Counted from the stretch's first letter, positions 47,414-57,581 are shown. The stretch: 64,000 bases of DNA from Pedobacter sp. UBA4863 (GCF_002399615.1 NZ_DHDZ01000036.1:66091-130090), one strand, 5' to 3'. A program made the numbers and translations. The notes: generated by a model not told the origin, from the sequence alone.

Positions 47414-47524
47414 GGTTACAAAGATAAGCTAATTGTATAAAGCTAAATTGTTTAATTGTTGGAAGAGTGTAAAAAGCCGCGCTTCTGGAGAGCGACAGTA
47501 CTAAATGTTACCAAAACACAACTG

Positions 47525-48721
47525 TTAATAGGGCGAGCCGTTCATCAACCCTACGGTACCGCCCACCCAATCAAAATCTGCGTTGTAGCGCACGCCAATC
47601 ATTTTACCACGGCTTAAGCGTGCCAAGTTAATGCAGAGCTGTGGTTCTTCATGATCTGGCCAAAGGTACATTAAGCGCAACTCTGCTTTTACGCCGCCAC
47701 TAGGCGATTCTACAACAGGTTCGTAATTTACTTTACGTTGCAAAATCCAATTTTCTGGATCTTTAATTGAGGTGATGTCGCTTTTTTTTACATCAATAAT
47801 TACCCCCATGCCAGCAAAAGAAAACAAGGGTTTTAAAACGTAGTTTTCTAAATCTGATGGGATGCTTTTTACCTCGTGTAAAAATTGGGTTTCGGGAACA
47901 AACTTGCTTTTTAAAAAGGGCATGGTGTATTTGCTGATACGATAAAACCAATTTGGATGCGTTATCCATTCTAGGTCTAGTTCTTCACGCGGATCGAAAC
48001 TATTTTCAAAAACAGCAGTGTTGTCTGCAATTTCATCAAAAATTAAACGGTTGTAAATTCTCTTGATTTGAATTTTTTCGCTGCCTTTTAGGTAAAAAAG
48101 CTTTTTGCCTTCTCTTTTAATGTCATCTAAAGAAAGCACTTTAATGCCAATTTTATCGGCAGTTATATAGAAATCGATAACCGTTTTTTGATTAGGGGCA
48201 TCAATGTCCATCAAAACTACTTCATGTGGTTGATGCTTGCCAACAACTACTTTTTTCAGTAAATCGAAATAGGCTTCTTCGGTTAATCCGTTAAAAAAGG
48301 GGGTAAGCTGTTGGTTTAAATGGTAGGCAGATTTATAGGTGTTTGCCAAATGAGCTTGAAAACCATATAATGAAGGAAAGCCTTGCATCTCAATGAGCAT
48401 TGGTGCGATAGTTCCATTATCAGCTTTGCAAAGTGCAAAATCGAAGGTTAAAAAATGTGGATGATCGTTTTCATTTGGCACCATCCATTTTGGTGGGATG
48501 GCGCTTTGGGTAAGTTGCTTAAAATTATCTTGCTTAATTAAAGTAATGATTTCGTTGCCGGCGACAATTAGTTGCTGCTTTAATTCTTCGGAGATGAATA
48601 TAGGCGATTCTGCTACCCTAAAAGTAATTTCGGGATAACCTTGGCCCAGTTGTTTTAGAAAAGATTGATACTTCTCTTCACTGAAGTTGGCATTAAAGGT
48701 TTGTCGGTAATTTTTTATCAT
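47525..48721 (-). CDS. Circularly permuted ATP-grasp / glutathionylspermidine-synthase-like amide ligase
   Basis: DFAL…LIEMQGFPS, IKRIYNRL, YVLKPLFSFAGMGV, WILQRKV; start MIKNYRQ at 48721 preferred. Confidence 0.65.
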   Translation of the reverse strand: MIKNYRQTFNANFSEEKYQSFLKQLGQGYPEITFRVAESPIFISEELKQQLIVAGNEIITLIKQDNFKQLTQSAIPPKWMVPNENDHPHFLTFDFALCKADNGTIAPMLIEMQGFPSLYGFQAHLANTYKSAYHLNQQLTPFFNGLTEEAYFDLLKKVVVGKHQPHEVVLMDIDAPNQKTVIDFYITADKIGIKVLSLDDIKREGKKLFYLKGSEKIQIKRIYNRLIFDEIADNTAVFENSFDPREELDLEWITHPNWFYRISKYTMPFLKSKFVPETQFLHEVKSIPSDLENYVLKPLFSFAGMGVIIDVKKSDITSIKDPENWILQRKVNYEPVVESPSGGVKAELRLMYLWPDHEEPQLCINLARLSRGKMIGVRYNADFDWVGGTVGLMNGSPY

Positions 48722-48764
48722 GGTAGTGCTATCTTTTTCATACTCCGCCATAACGATTAGGTGC

Positions 48765-49592
48765 CTAAACTGCTTGTAAGGCATGGATAGCCTCGTCCAA
48801 GAAATTAGGCAAAATAATACTTTGTGTAATCATAATTCGTTTTGGGTTTTCTAAACTATCAATCATATCGTGGTATTTTTCCTCACCGTAATTTTTGATG
48901 ATAATGTTCTTTTTTTCTTCTAATGAAAGATACGTTTTCATGCCAACCGGATCGGCCTCTGGATGGAATTGGGTGCCTGCTACATAAGGAGAAAAGCGAA
49001 TGGCCATCATACATCGTTCTAAATCTACGTGTGGGCGCTCTTTCTCTATGGCTAATAATTTTGCACCCATTTTATCGAAAGCACTTTGGTTTGGCATTAT
49101 TACTTGCCAATCTCTGCTATCAACAGCAAAAAATGGGTTGGGTAAGTTTCTAAAAATTGGTTCGTTTTCACCCTGTTCGGTTAATGAAATTGGAAAAATA
49201 CCAAAGGAGTTAGACTTGCGTTGTGTTACCTGCCCCAAATTATATTTTATACAGGCTAACTGAAAAGAATGGCAAATTAAAAACACATACTTTTTGTGAT
49301 TGTTAACCAAGTTAAAGTCGTCAATGCTATCTAATAGGTTAAAAAAATTACGTTCCCATTGCTGTCCCTCGCTTTCATGAGGGCTACCGGGGCCACCACT
49401 TGAAATGTAAATGTGATAACTCAAATCTGGCACTTCGCCTTTCTGCCTAATGTCAAAAATAGTGACGCTTAGGTTAAGTTGGTTATAAGTTTTGTATCGG
49501 TGTAAAATTTCTAATATTCCTCTTAATCCCTGGTTAGGGAATCCGTTATTCATGTCTATAACGGCCACCTTAAATGTATTAATATTGTTCAT
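48765..49592 (-). CDS. Class I glutamine amidotransferase-like protein
   Basis: SGGPGSP oxyanion strand, ICHSFQ nucleophile Cys, QFHPE His-Glu. Confidence 0.85.
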   Translation of the reverse strand: MNNINTFKVAVIDMNNGFPNQGLRGILEILHRYKTYNQLNLSVTIFDIRQKGEVPDLSYHIYISSGGPGSPHESEGQQWERNFFNLLDSIDDFNLVNNHKKYVFLICHSFQLACIKYNLGQVTQRKSNSFGIFPISLTEQGENEPIFRNLPNPFFAVDSRDWQVIMPNQSAFDKMGAKLLAIEKERPHVDLERCMMAIRFSPYVAGTQFHPEADPVGMKTYLSLEEKKNIIIKNYGEEKYHDMIDSLENPKRIMITQSIILPNFLDEAIHALQAV

Positions 49593-49595
49593 TTC

Positions 49596-50693
49596 TTACG
49601 TGCCGATTAATGTTTGTGAGGTAACGTAGTCCACTACAGACTGGTAACTTTTTGTTTGTTCGTAAATTGCCAGTTGGCGGTCGGCACCTGTGCCATTGGC
49701 GAGTATGGTTTGTACGTATTCTATTTCCTTTCTGCTGCCCAGTTCGTCCACTACGTCATCTACAAAATCTAATAATTCGAGCACCAAATTTCGGCAATTT
49801 ACTTCCATTTCTTTGCCAAAGTCTATCAAATTTCCGTCAATTCCGTAGCGGGCGGCCCGCCATTTGTTTTCGTTAATGAGCGCCCTGCTGTATGAAATAA
49901 AGTTTAAGTTTTGTAAACGTAGCTTATACAGTTTAGCGCATAATGCCTGAAATAATGCCGTAAAAGCCATGGTTTCGTCTATAAGCATGGGGCAATCGCA
50001 TACCCTAAATTCAATGGTTTGAAAGAAAGGGTGTACCCTAATGTCCCACCATATTTTTTTTGCATTATCAATGCAATTAGTTTTAATTAGCAGGTTTACA
50101 TAATTATCATAATCTTCAATGCTGTTAAAAATATCAGGAATTCCGGTACGGGGAAATTTATCGAAAATTTTTGTGCGATAAGATTTATAGCCTGTGTTTC
50201 TTCCTTCCCAAAAAGGAGAATTGGTAGAAAGTGCAAAAACATGCGGTAAAAAATAACGCACTTGGTTAGCAATATGTATGGCCAGTTCCCTAGATTGGAA
50301 ACCTACATGAACGTGCAAGCCAAAAATTAAGTTAGATCTGGCCGCTTCCTGTAGTTCGTTTATAATTTCGCTATACCTGGGGTGCTCGGTAATTAACTGT
50401 TTTTCCCAATGCGAAAAAGGATGTGTACCAGCGGCTCCAATGCGTAAGCCTTGTTCGCCTGCTAATTCTGCTACGGTTCTTCGCAATTGCGATATTTCTT
50501 GTCGGGCTTGTTCGGTATTCCTACAAATTCCGGTTCCAACCTCTACTACCGCCTGGTGCATTTCTGCCTTTACTTGGTCTTTGTGTATTTTCTGTGCAGC
50601 TTCTACAATTTTCTGCTCGTGAGAGGTAAGTTCCCGGGTTACAGGATCAACAATCATGTATTCTTCTTCTATCCCTAAGGTAAACTCGTTCAT
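49596..50693 (-). CDS. Carboxylate-amine ligase (YbdK/GCS2 glutamate-cysteine ligase family)
   Basis: TLGIEEEY, E.H.AVVEVGT, GLHVHVG, LSTNSPFW, WWDIR, TIEFRVCD. Confidence 0.9.
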   Translation of the reverse strand: MNEFTLGIEEEYMIVDPVTRELTSHEQKIVEAAQKIHKDQVKAEMHQAVVEVGTGICRNTEQARQEISQLRRTVAELAGEQGLRIGAAGTHPFSHWEKQLITEHPRYSEIINELQEAARSNLIFGLHVHVGFQSRELAIHIANQVRYFLPHVFALSTNSPFWEGRNTGYKSYRTKIFDKFPRTGIPDIFNSIEDYDNYVNLLIKTNCIDNAKKIWWDIRVHPFFQTIEFRVCDCPMLIDETMAFTALFQALCAKLYKLRLQNLNFISYSRALINENKWRAARYGIDGNLIDFGKEMEVNCRNLVLELLDFVDDVVDELGSRKEIEYVQTILANGTGADRQLAIYEQTKSYQSVVDYVTSQTLIGT

Positions 50694-50701
50694 AGATGGG
50701 T

Positions 50702-51733
50702 TTATTTGGTTGGTTTTTTAGCAGTGGTTTTTTGTTTGACCGTAGGTTTGGCTTTTGTTGCGGGTTTGGTGGCGCCAGCTACAAGTGCTGTGCCGGTGGC
50801 ACTGATTTTTATATAGCTGCCCCAAGTTAAATTGTCTTTGCCAAACTCTTGTGCCAATGCTTTCTCGATGGCGTAGTTGGCGGCGGTTTCTATTACCCAT
50901 TCAAAATTCTCGGCACCTACACTTTCTAAGCTGGCATCTGGTGCCGGATTGCAAAAATCTATGGCTATGGGTACACCGTTGCGCACAGCAAATTCTACAG
51001 TATTAAAATCGTAACCTAAATATTGATTTAACTTTAACGTATATTTTTCAATGGTTTTTAATAGTGCTGCACTAGGTTTTGGCCCATCAACTATATAGCG
51101 CAGGTGCTGCGGGTTGTGAGGCTCGTATGGCATAATTCGTACATGTTTGCCGCCAATACAATAACATCTAAAGTATTCTTCAAAAACGATTTCTTCTTGC
51201 AGCATCATCACCGTTTGTTGGGTTTCGCTGTGTTTTTCGAAAAACTCTTCTTTGCTGCGTAGTTTGTAAACGTCTTTCCAGCCACCTCCATCAAAAGGTT
51301 TCATGTAAGCAGGGAAGCCGGTATAGTCAAATATGGCATCCCAGTCAAATGGCATGATTAAATTACTGAATGAATTTTCGTTGGTATCGTTGGGGTGCTC
51401 TCTCGACGGAATTAAGGCTGTTTTGGGTACTGGAACACCAATGTTTTCGGCAAGCGCATTATTAAAGAACTTTTCATCAGCACTCCACCAAAAAGGGTTA
51501 TTAATTACCGCAGTTCCTCCCATAGCTGCATTTTTTAAGTAAGCCCTATAAAAAGGTACATTTTGCGAAATCCGATCAATAATTACCGCATATACTGGGC
51601 TTTCTGCTTGAAAAACTTTATCAATTTTTACAAATTCTGCCCTAACTCCTTTTACTGCCTTTTGGTTTACCCTATCTACAAAAGCTTGCGGAAAAGAGCG
51701 CTCTTGTCCAAATAAAATCCCTATCTTCTTCAT
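50702..51733 (-). CDS. RimK/GshB-like ATP-grasp ligase with Lys/Thr/Ala-rich tail
   Basis: IIDRIS, VINNPF, GVPVPKT, FPAYMKPFDGGGWKDV, LQEEI, EFAV…IDF.NP.PD. Confidence 0.8.
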   Translation of the reverse strand: MKKIGILFGQERSFPQAFVDRVNQKAVKGVRAEFVKIDKVFQAESPVYAVIIDRISQNVPFYRAYLKNAAMGGTAVINNPFWWSADEKFFNNALAENIGVPVPKTALIPSREHPNDTNENSFSNLIMPFDWDAIFDYTGFPAYMKPFDGGGWKDVYKLRSKEEFFEKHSETQQTVMMLQEEIVFEEYFRCYCIGGKHVRIMPYEPHNPQHLRYIVDGPKPSAALLKTIEKYTLKLNQYLGYDFNTVEFAVRNGVPIAIDFCNPAPDASLESVGAENFEWVIETAANYAIEKALAQEFGKDNLTWGSYIKISATGTALVAGATKPATKAKPTVKQKTTAKKPTK

Positions 51734-51761
51734 TCAGCTTGCGTGTTTTTTAAGTAAAAAG

Positions 51762-52466
51762 TTATAGTTGGTAAATGTATTCCGCAAACATATCCCTCCA
51801 TATTGGCCAATCGTGGTCTGCATTGGCTCTTAGGTCTAACCAATGGTTAATGTTTTTTTGGAGCAAAATTTCAGATAGTCTTTCGTTGTCTGCCCGGCAT
51901 ATATCTCGATCGCCAGTTCCCAAAACTATTTTCAATTGCCAAAGTTCGGGATTAATATTGTTAGGCAGGTAATCTACGGGGTTGTTAAAGTAAACATCGT
52001 TGTTATAAAAACCATCTAACCGGTTTTTAATGTCGAAAGCACCACTCATGCTAAATAAATGGCTTACTGCCCATGGGTGGCGAAAGGTAAAGTTTGCTGC
52101 ATGGTAACCGCCAAAGCTACAGCCTGCCATAATTACTTTAGCTTTTCCGGTTTCTTTTTGGACCAAGGGCAATAGCTCCTCTAACAAAAACTTATCGTAA
52201 CAAATGTGGTTTTTAACTCTTTCTGCCGGATGAATGTTTTTGTTGTACCAACTCCAAGCATCTATACTATCAGGGCAATAAATCTTTACTTTACCTTCGT
52301 TAATAAAATTTTGTGCCGCATCAATAAGTTTAAAATCTTTGTTTTCATAATAACGCCCCATACTTGTGGGAAAAAGGATAATGGGCTGGCCATCATGTCC
52401 AAAAACCAGCGTTTCCATATCCCTTCCTAAGGCAGTGCTATGCCATTTTTGTAATTCTTCTTTCAT
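51762..52466 (-). CDS. Alpha/beta-hydrolase (esterase family)
   Basis: GCSFGGYHA elbow, SGAFD, HDW; start MKEELQKW at 52466, downstream of TATTTTTG (minus, 52514..52521). Confidence 0.85.
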   Translation of the reverse strand: MKEELQKWHSTALGRDMETLVFGHDGQPIILFPTSMGRYYENKDFKLIDAAQNFINEGKVKIYCPDSIDAWSWYNKNIHPAERVKNHICYDKFLLEELLPLVQKETGKAKVIMAGCSFGGYHAANFTFRHPWAVSHLFSMSGAFDIKNRLDGFYNNDVYFNNPVDYLPNNINPELWQLKIVLGTGDRDICRADNERLSEILLQKNINHWLDLRANADHDWPIWRDMFAEYIYQL

Positions 52467-52598
52467 GGGCCAAATACTTAGATGCTTTAAGATAAGTAAA
52501 TCATTTTCAACCGCAAAAATATCGCTGATTTTTTTTGACGAGCAAATGAAGTTTAATGGTTGTCTATTTTTGAGATAGTGATATCTTTGCCCCGAATT

Positions 52599-53426
52599 TT
52601 GCAACGCAAAAGACTACTTTCCCCATTACTTTTTATCCCTATTGTTATTAGAACTATCCATCAAATAAACTCGAAATCACTTCAGCGTTCGGTTGAGGTA
52701 ACGCTGTACCTCCCAGAAAATCTGTTGGGCAACCAAACCATACATTTACTTTTGGTAAACGATGGCCAAGATTTAACCCAAATGAATGTGGAGGGGCATC
52801 TTTATAACTTTTATGCAAAGCAAAAAGCAACAACAATAATTACCGTTGGTATAAAAGCAGGCGAAGAGCGTTTATTGGAATATGGCGTGGCCAACAGGCC
52901 CGATTTTAAAGATAGGGGAAGTAAGGCAAATTTGCATACGGCTTTTGTTTTACAAGAGCTATTGCCTTTTGTAGCACAACATACCGGCTTAAAGATTAAC
53001 GGTAAAAAAGCTATTGCGGGTTTTTCTTTAGGTGGACTAACGGCTTTTGACATTGCCTGGCACCATAGCCATGTTTTTGATTTGGTGGGTGTTTTTTCGG
53101 GTTCATTTTGGTGGCGTAAAAAAGATTTAGCCGATGGTTATAGCGATGATGACCGTATTTTACATGCCATGATAGCCCAAACCGTCGAAAAGCCGAACCT
53201 TAAATTTTGGCTGATGACTGGTACTGAAGATGAAAAAGCAGACCGGAACCATAATTTTATCATCGATTCTATTGACGATACCATTGATGTGGTGAAGGAA
53301 TTGCTGAAGAAAGGCTATAAGCGCCCTGAAGATATTTTCTACTACGAAATGGTTGGCGGAAGGCACGATGTGCCTACTTGGGATAAAGCATTTCCGAAGT
53401 TTTTAGAATGGGCGTTTGCGAAATAA
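52599..53426 (+). CDS. Alpha/beta-hydrolase (esterase family), divergent
   Basis: LLVNDGQD, GFSLGG elbow, FSGSFWW, GGRHD; TATCTTTG promoter at 52582..52589 suggests a TTG start at 52599 (start uncertain). Confidence 0.8.
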   Translation: MQRKRLLSPLLFIPIVIRTIHQINSKSLQRSVEVTLYLPENLLGNQTIHLLLVNDGQDLTQMNVEGHLYNFYAKQKATTIITVGIKAGEERLLEYGVANRPDFKDRGSKANLHTAFVLQELLPFVAQHTGLKINGKKAIAGFSLGGLTAFDIAWHHSHVFDLVGVFSGSFWWRKKDLADGYSDDDRILHAMIAQTVEKPNLKFWLMTGTEDEKADRNHNFIIDSIDDTIDVVKELLKKGYKRPEDIFYYEMVGGRHDVPTWDKAFPKFLEWAFAK

Positions 53427-53553
53427 GTGCAGCTGCTGTTGCAGAATTAGCAGGTATAATCGCTATGCCGATTTTAAAGCACAAAAAAATAAAGTCGTAC
53501 ACAATAAACTAAAAGTTCGGGAGTTTATATTACTGAGAGCGTTAATTTAGATG

Positions 53554-53592
53554 GCGGGGACAAGGTGGTATGCCGAGTCCCCGTTTCTTTTT
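53554..53592 (+). terminator. Intrinsic terminator downstream of esterase
   Basis: gcggggac…gtccccgt followed by ttctttttt. Confidence 0.65.
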
Positions 53593-53967
53593 TATATTAA
53601 AAAGCAGGATACAAACGCCCATTCCATAGCGGTCTATTCCAATTGTTTTTTATAATTCTTGCTCTTTTTCCCACATTATAGCGGCCTTATAGCGACTTTA
53701 TTCCGAGTCTAGTTCGAGTGTGCTTCGCCTTAACTGGCAGTATAAAGGCTAACCTCTTGCACAAGCAATGCCAATAGCTAGTTAAAATTGGGTGTTTTGC
53801 CGAACAAACTACCAAGCACATCCAGCAAAGGCTAAAAATAGCACTTGCAACGGCAAAAGAGAGTAGTCAAAAGCGGGGCTAAGCTAACCGAATGGCAATG
53901 CAATTGATTTACAAAAGCTTAACATTTTTTTAGACTGGTTTTTACATTAATTTTCAGCTTTTTTTGC

Positions 53968-53975
53968 TACCTTTG
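53968..53975 (+). promoter_or_regulatory. -7 promoter element for typA
   Basis: TACCTTTG(C) 25 bp upstream of the ATG. Confidence 0.65.
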
Positions 53976-54000
53976 CGCCCTAAAATACAATTCGCATTAT

Positions 54001-55809
54001 ATGCAAAAGATAAGAAATATAGCTATTATAGCCCACGTAGATCATGGTAAAACCACCACGGTTGACAAAATTTTACATGCCTGTTCTATTTTTCGTGATA
54101 ACGAACAGTCTGGAGATTTAATTCTAGATAACAATGATTTAGAACGTGAACGAGGTATTACCATCGTGTCTAAAAACGTTTCGGTAAAATACAAGGATGT
54201 TAAAATTAACATTATTGATACGCCTGGTCACGCCGATTTTGGTGGCGAGGTAGAACGTGTGTTAAAAATGGCTGATGGCGTACTTTTGCTATGCGATGCT
54301 TTTGAAGGCGCCATGCCTCAAACGCGTTTTGTAACACAAAAGGCTTTGGCCTTAGGTTTAAAACCAATTGTGGTGGTAAACAAAGTTGATAAAGAAAACT
54401 GCCGCCCAGAAGAAGTTTACGAGCAAATTTTTGAGCTGTTCTTTAACTTAGAAGCTACAGAAGAGCAATTAGACTTTCCGGTAATTTACGGTTCGTCTAA
54501 AAACGGTTGGATGAGTACCGATTATACCAAACCAACGGATAATTTTTTCCCATTATTAGATGCCATTGTAGAACACATTCCTGCTGCACCTATTAACGAG
54601 GGTACCTTGCAAATGCAGATCACTTCATTAGATTACTCTTCTTTTGTAGGCCGTATTGCCATTGGCCGCGTACACCGTGGTACAATTAAAGAGAACCAAC
54701 CGATAACGTTAATTAAACGCGACGGTAAATTGGTAAAATCTAGAGTAAAAGAACTATATACTTTCGAAGGTTTAGGTAAAGTTAGAACCACAGAAGTTAG
54801 CTCTGGCGATATTTGTGCGGTTGTAGGTATCGATGGTTTTGATATTGGTGATACTATCGCTGATTTTGAAGCACCAGAACAACTACCGGTAATTAGCATT
54901 GATGAGCCAACAATGAACATGTTGTTCACCATCAATAACTCACCTTTCTTCGGTAAAGAAGGTAAATTGGTTACCTCTCAACGTATCAAAGATCGTTTGA
55001 TGAAGGAAATGGAAAAAAACCTGGCCTTAAAAGTGGTAGAAACCGAAGGTGCAGATTCGTGGTTAGTGTATGGTCGTGGTATTCTCCATTTATCAGTATT
55101 GATCGAAACCATGCGTCGTGAAGGTTACGAGCTACAAGTAGGGCAGCCGCAGGTAATTGTTAAAGAAATTGATGGTAAAAAGCACGAGCCAATAGAAACT
55201 TTAATTGTTGATGTACCGGGCGATGTTGCAGGTAAAGTAATAGAGTTGGTAACACAACGTAAGGGCGAGTTGTTAATTATGGAACCAAAAGGCGATTTAC
55301 AGCACTTAGAGTTTGAAATCCCTTCGCGTGGTATTATCGGTTTGCGTAACAACGTATTAACCGCTACCGCTGGCGAGGCCATTATGGCACACCGTTTCAA
55401 AGCTTACGAGCCTTGGAAAGGCACCATTCCTGGTCGTTTAAATGGTGTATTAATTTCTATGGATAAAGGAATGACTACCGCTTATTCTATTGATAAATTG
55501 CAAGATAGAGGTCGTTTCTTTGTAGATCCAGGCGTAGATATTTACGAAGGACAAATTTTAGGAGAGCATATCCGCGATAACGATTTGGTAATTAACGTTG
55601 TTAAAGGAAAAGCATTAACCAACATGCGTGCTTCTGGATCTGATGATAACGTTCGTATTGCACCAGCGATTAAATTTTCATTAGAAGAGGCTATGGAATA
55701 TATCCAAGCAGATGAATATATTGAGGTAACTCCTGCGAGTATGCGTTTACGTAAAATCTATTTAACAGAGAACGAACGTAAAGTAAAAGGTAAAGCTTTT
55801 CAGTCGTAA
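54001..55809 (+). CDS. typA: Translational GTPase TypA/BipA
   Basis: IAHVDHGKTT, ERERGITI, DTPGHADFGGEVER, GRGILHL, SLEEAME…VTP..MRLRK. Confidence 0.98.
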   Translation: MQKIRNIAIIAHVDHGKTTTVDKILHACSIFRDNEQSGDLILDNNDLERERGITIVSKNVSVKYKDVKINIIDTPGHADFGGEVERVLKMADGVLLLCDAFEGAMPQTRFVTQKALALGLKPIVVVNKVDKENCRPEEVYEQIFELFFNLEATEEQLDFPVIYGSSKNGWMSTDYTKPTDNFFPLLDAIVEHIPAAPINEGTLQMQITSLDYSSFVGRIAIGRVHRGTIKENQPITLIKRDGKLVKSRVKELYTFEGLGKVRTTEVSSGDICAVVGIDGFDIGDTIADFEAPEQLPVISIDEPTMNMLFTINNSPFFGKEGKLVTSQRIKDRLMKEMEKNLALKVVETEGADSWLVYGRGILHLSVLIETMRREGYELQVGQPQVIVKEIDGKKHEPIETLIVDVPGDVAGKVIELVTQRKGELLIMEPKGDLQHLEFEIPSRGIIGLRNNVLTATAGEAIMAHRFKAYEPWKGTIPGRLNGVLISMDKGMTTAYSIDKLQDRGRFFVDPGVDIYEGQILGEHIRDNDLVINVVKGKALTNMRASGSDDNVRIAPAIKFSLEEAMEYIQADEYIEVTPASMRLRKIYLTENERKVKGKAFQS

Positions 55810-55891
55810 TTGATTGTATGCTAGCATAGTAAATTCGGAAAATTGAAATTAATTGTTTAACTTTAATTGTCCGAGACAAAGGAGAATTTAC

Positions 55892-55928
55892 AAAGCCCTC
55901 CCGATATAAAAAAATCGGGAGGGCTTTT
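55892..55928. terminator. Bidirectional terminator
   Basis: aaagccctcccgat…atcgggagggctttt. Confidence 0.85.
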
Positions 55929-55933
55929 GTTTT

Positions 55934-57091
55934 TTAAGGGTTAAACTTTACTGTAATTGTGAGCTGTGTTCTTGTTGGAATTCCATTTTCCATACCGGGG
56001 TTCCAACGCTTAAGCTTAGACACAACTCTTAGTGCCTCTTTCTTGGTGCCATAGCCTAAGTCATCTACAGCTTTTAATTGACTTAAACTACCGTCCATTT
56101 CTACTACAGCATTAATTACAATTGTACCCTTAATGTGCTTATTGGTCAAATTAGCATAATTGATATTATCCGTGATAAACTGATTTAACTTTTCTTCTCC
56201 ACCCGGATAGACAGGTGGATACTTCAATTCTTTTTTCTGATATATTTTTATTGGCTCCGGGTTTTTAAAAGGATGTTCTGGGCGAAATGAAATAGGGATT
56301 CGATAATCCGTTCTTACAGGTTTGCCATTTTCGATACCTGGTTTCCATTTGGGGCTTAAATTTAAAACTCTGATGGCTTCCTCATCCGTACCATAACCTA
56401 AACCTCGTTCAACTTTTGCACTACTTAAACGACCGTCTTTTTCAATTACGAAAGATACATATACCTCACCTTGTACTTGGTTTTTAATTGCCGCTTTAAG
56501 ATAGGTAACATTAGCTTTAATAAATTTGATAAAGCCCCTGTAATCGTCATTCGGATAAACGGGAGGGTTTCTCATGTAAATCCAATGGTGCAAAGTGTTT
56601 TCTTCGCAATATTTGTGCGGGGCAGATGGGTCACAAAGTGCGGGATCTCCAGCATAAATTCCTAACTCTGGCAAATCGATGTAACTAGAATGTACCGTAA
56701 CTTCAGGATTGATAATTGTCGTCACCACATTATGGATACGAAAATGAATAGGCAAACCATAAAATCCATTTTTTAAATCTTTGGTCTCAAAGCCTTTAAA
56801 GGCTCTTATAATCTCACTTTTAAAATCGATATTAAGTTTTGGCGCAATGGAAAGCAAAGTGATTTTGCTATTGTTCACCTTAAAATAAGCAATGGTATTT
56901 CCTTGAATATAGGAGCGCTCTGCTTTGTCTGGGTATTTAATTGTGGTAAAAAGATGTCGCTGCAGGTCTATTGCATATGGGTCTCCTGGCTTTATACGGA
57001 TATTTCTAGGACGCTGGGCAAAAGTATCTACTCCTAATACTAAAGCTACAATAGTTAGAAGAAGTAGTTTATGGCACAAGGAGTTTATCAT
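55934..57091 (-). CDS. Signal-peptide protein with about three TonB C-terminal domains
   Basis: Signal …DTFAQ; IKYP…IQG repeat (degenerate), QGEVYVSFVIEKDG…LGYGTDEEA…WKPG, and PPVYPGG…WNPG. Confidence 0.8.
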   Translation of the reverse strand: MINSLCHKLLLLTIVALVLGVDTFAQRPRNIRIKPGDPYAIDLQRHLFTTIKYPDKAERSYIQGNTIAYFKVNNSKITLLSIAPKLNIDFKSEIIRAFKGFETKDLKNGFYGLPIHFRIHNVVTTIINPEVTVHSSYIDLPELGIYAGDPALCDPSAPHKYCEENTLHHWIYMRNPPVYPNDDYRGFIKFIKANVTYLKAAIKNQVQGEVYVSFVIEKDGRLSSAKVERGLGYGTDEEAIRVLNLSPKWKPGIENGKPVRTDYRIPISFRPEHPFKNPEPIKIYQKKELKYPPVYPGGEEKLNQFITDNINYANLTNKHIKGTIVINAVVEMDGSLSQLKAVDDLGYGTKKEALRVVSKLKRWNPGMENGIPTRTQLTITVKFNP

Positions 57092-57150
57092 TAGTAATTT
57101 CTCTAGAAGATGTAAGCCCCTACATTATTCCATAAACTATCCGTAAGTTA

Positions 57151-57573
57151 TTACTTACGAATAGTTAAAAGGCTGTTAAGGCTAAACTTAATAGGAATAT
57201 TATAGCTTACCCTAACGGCCTTATTATCTAAAACTCCTGGTTCCCATTTTGGACTGAGCTTTAAAACTCGCTCTGCTTCTTCGTTAGTTCCAAAACCTAA
57301 TCCCCTAACTGTTTTAACATTGTTTACTGATCCATCTTCTTCTATTGTAAAAGATACAAAAACGGTTCCTTGTATATTTTCCTTTTTAGCTTGCTCTGGA
57401 TATTTGATATTCTCTGTCAGAAATTTATATAATTGAGGCATACCTCCCGGAAATTTTGGAGGATTTTTCATAGAAACAAAAGAATAGATTTTATTTTCAT
57501 CTGTAGTTTGCTGAGCTTTGCTTACGCTAAAACTTAGTAGGGTAACCAAGATGGTTAGTAGGCGTGTTTTCAT
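57151..57573 (-). CDS. Signal-peptide protein consisting of one TonB C-terminal domain
   Basis: Signal …SKAQ; PPKFPGG…IKYP…QGTVFVSF…WEPG…VRV.YNIPIKF; no Pro-rich linker. Confidence 0.85.
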   Translation of the reverse strand: MKTRLLTILVTLLSFSVSKAQQTTDENKIYSFVSMKNPPKFPGGMPQLYKFLTENIKYPEQAKKENIQGTVFVSFTIEEDGSVNNVKTVRGLGFGTNEEAERVLKLSPKWEPGVLDNKAVRVSYNIPIKFSLNSLLTIRK

Positions 57574-57581
57574 GCTAAGTT

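Noticed and set aside
51762-52604. Apparent overlap of the two divergent esterase ORFs (52560..52604)
   Set aside because: Artefact of longest-ORF starts; back-to-back -7 boxes place the real starts at about 52466 and 52599.
53692-53826. Approximately 44-aa Cys-containing minus-strand ORF in the esterase-typA gap (MCLVVCSAKH…)
   Set aside because: No leader, motif or promoter support; probably chance.
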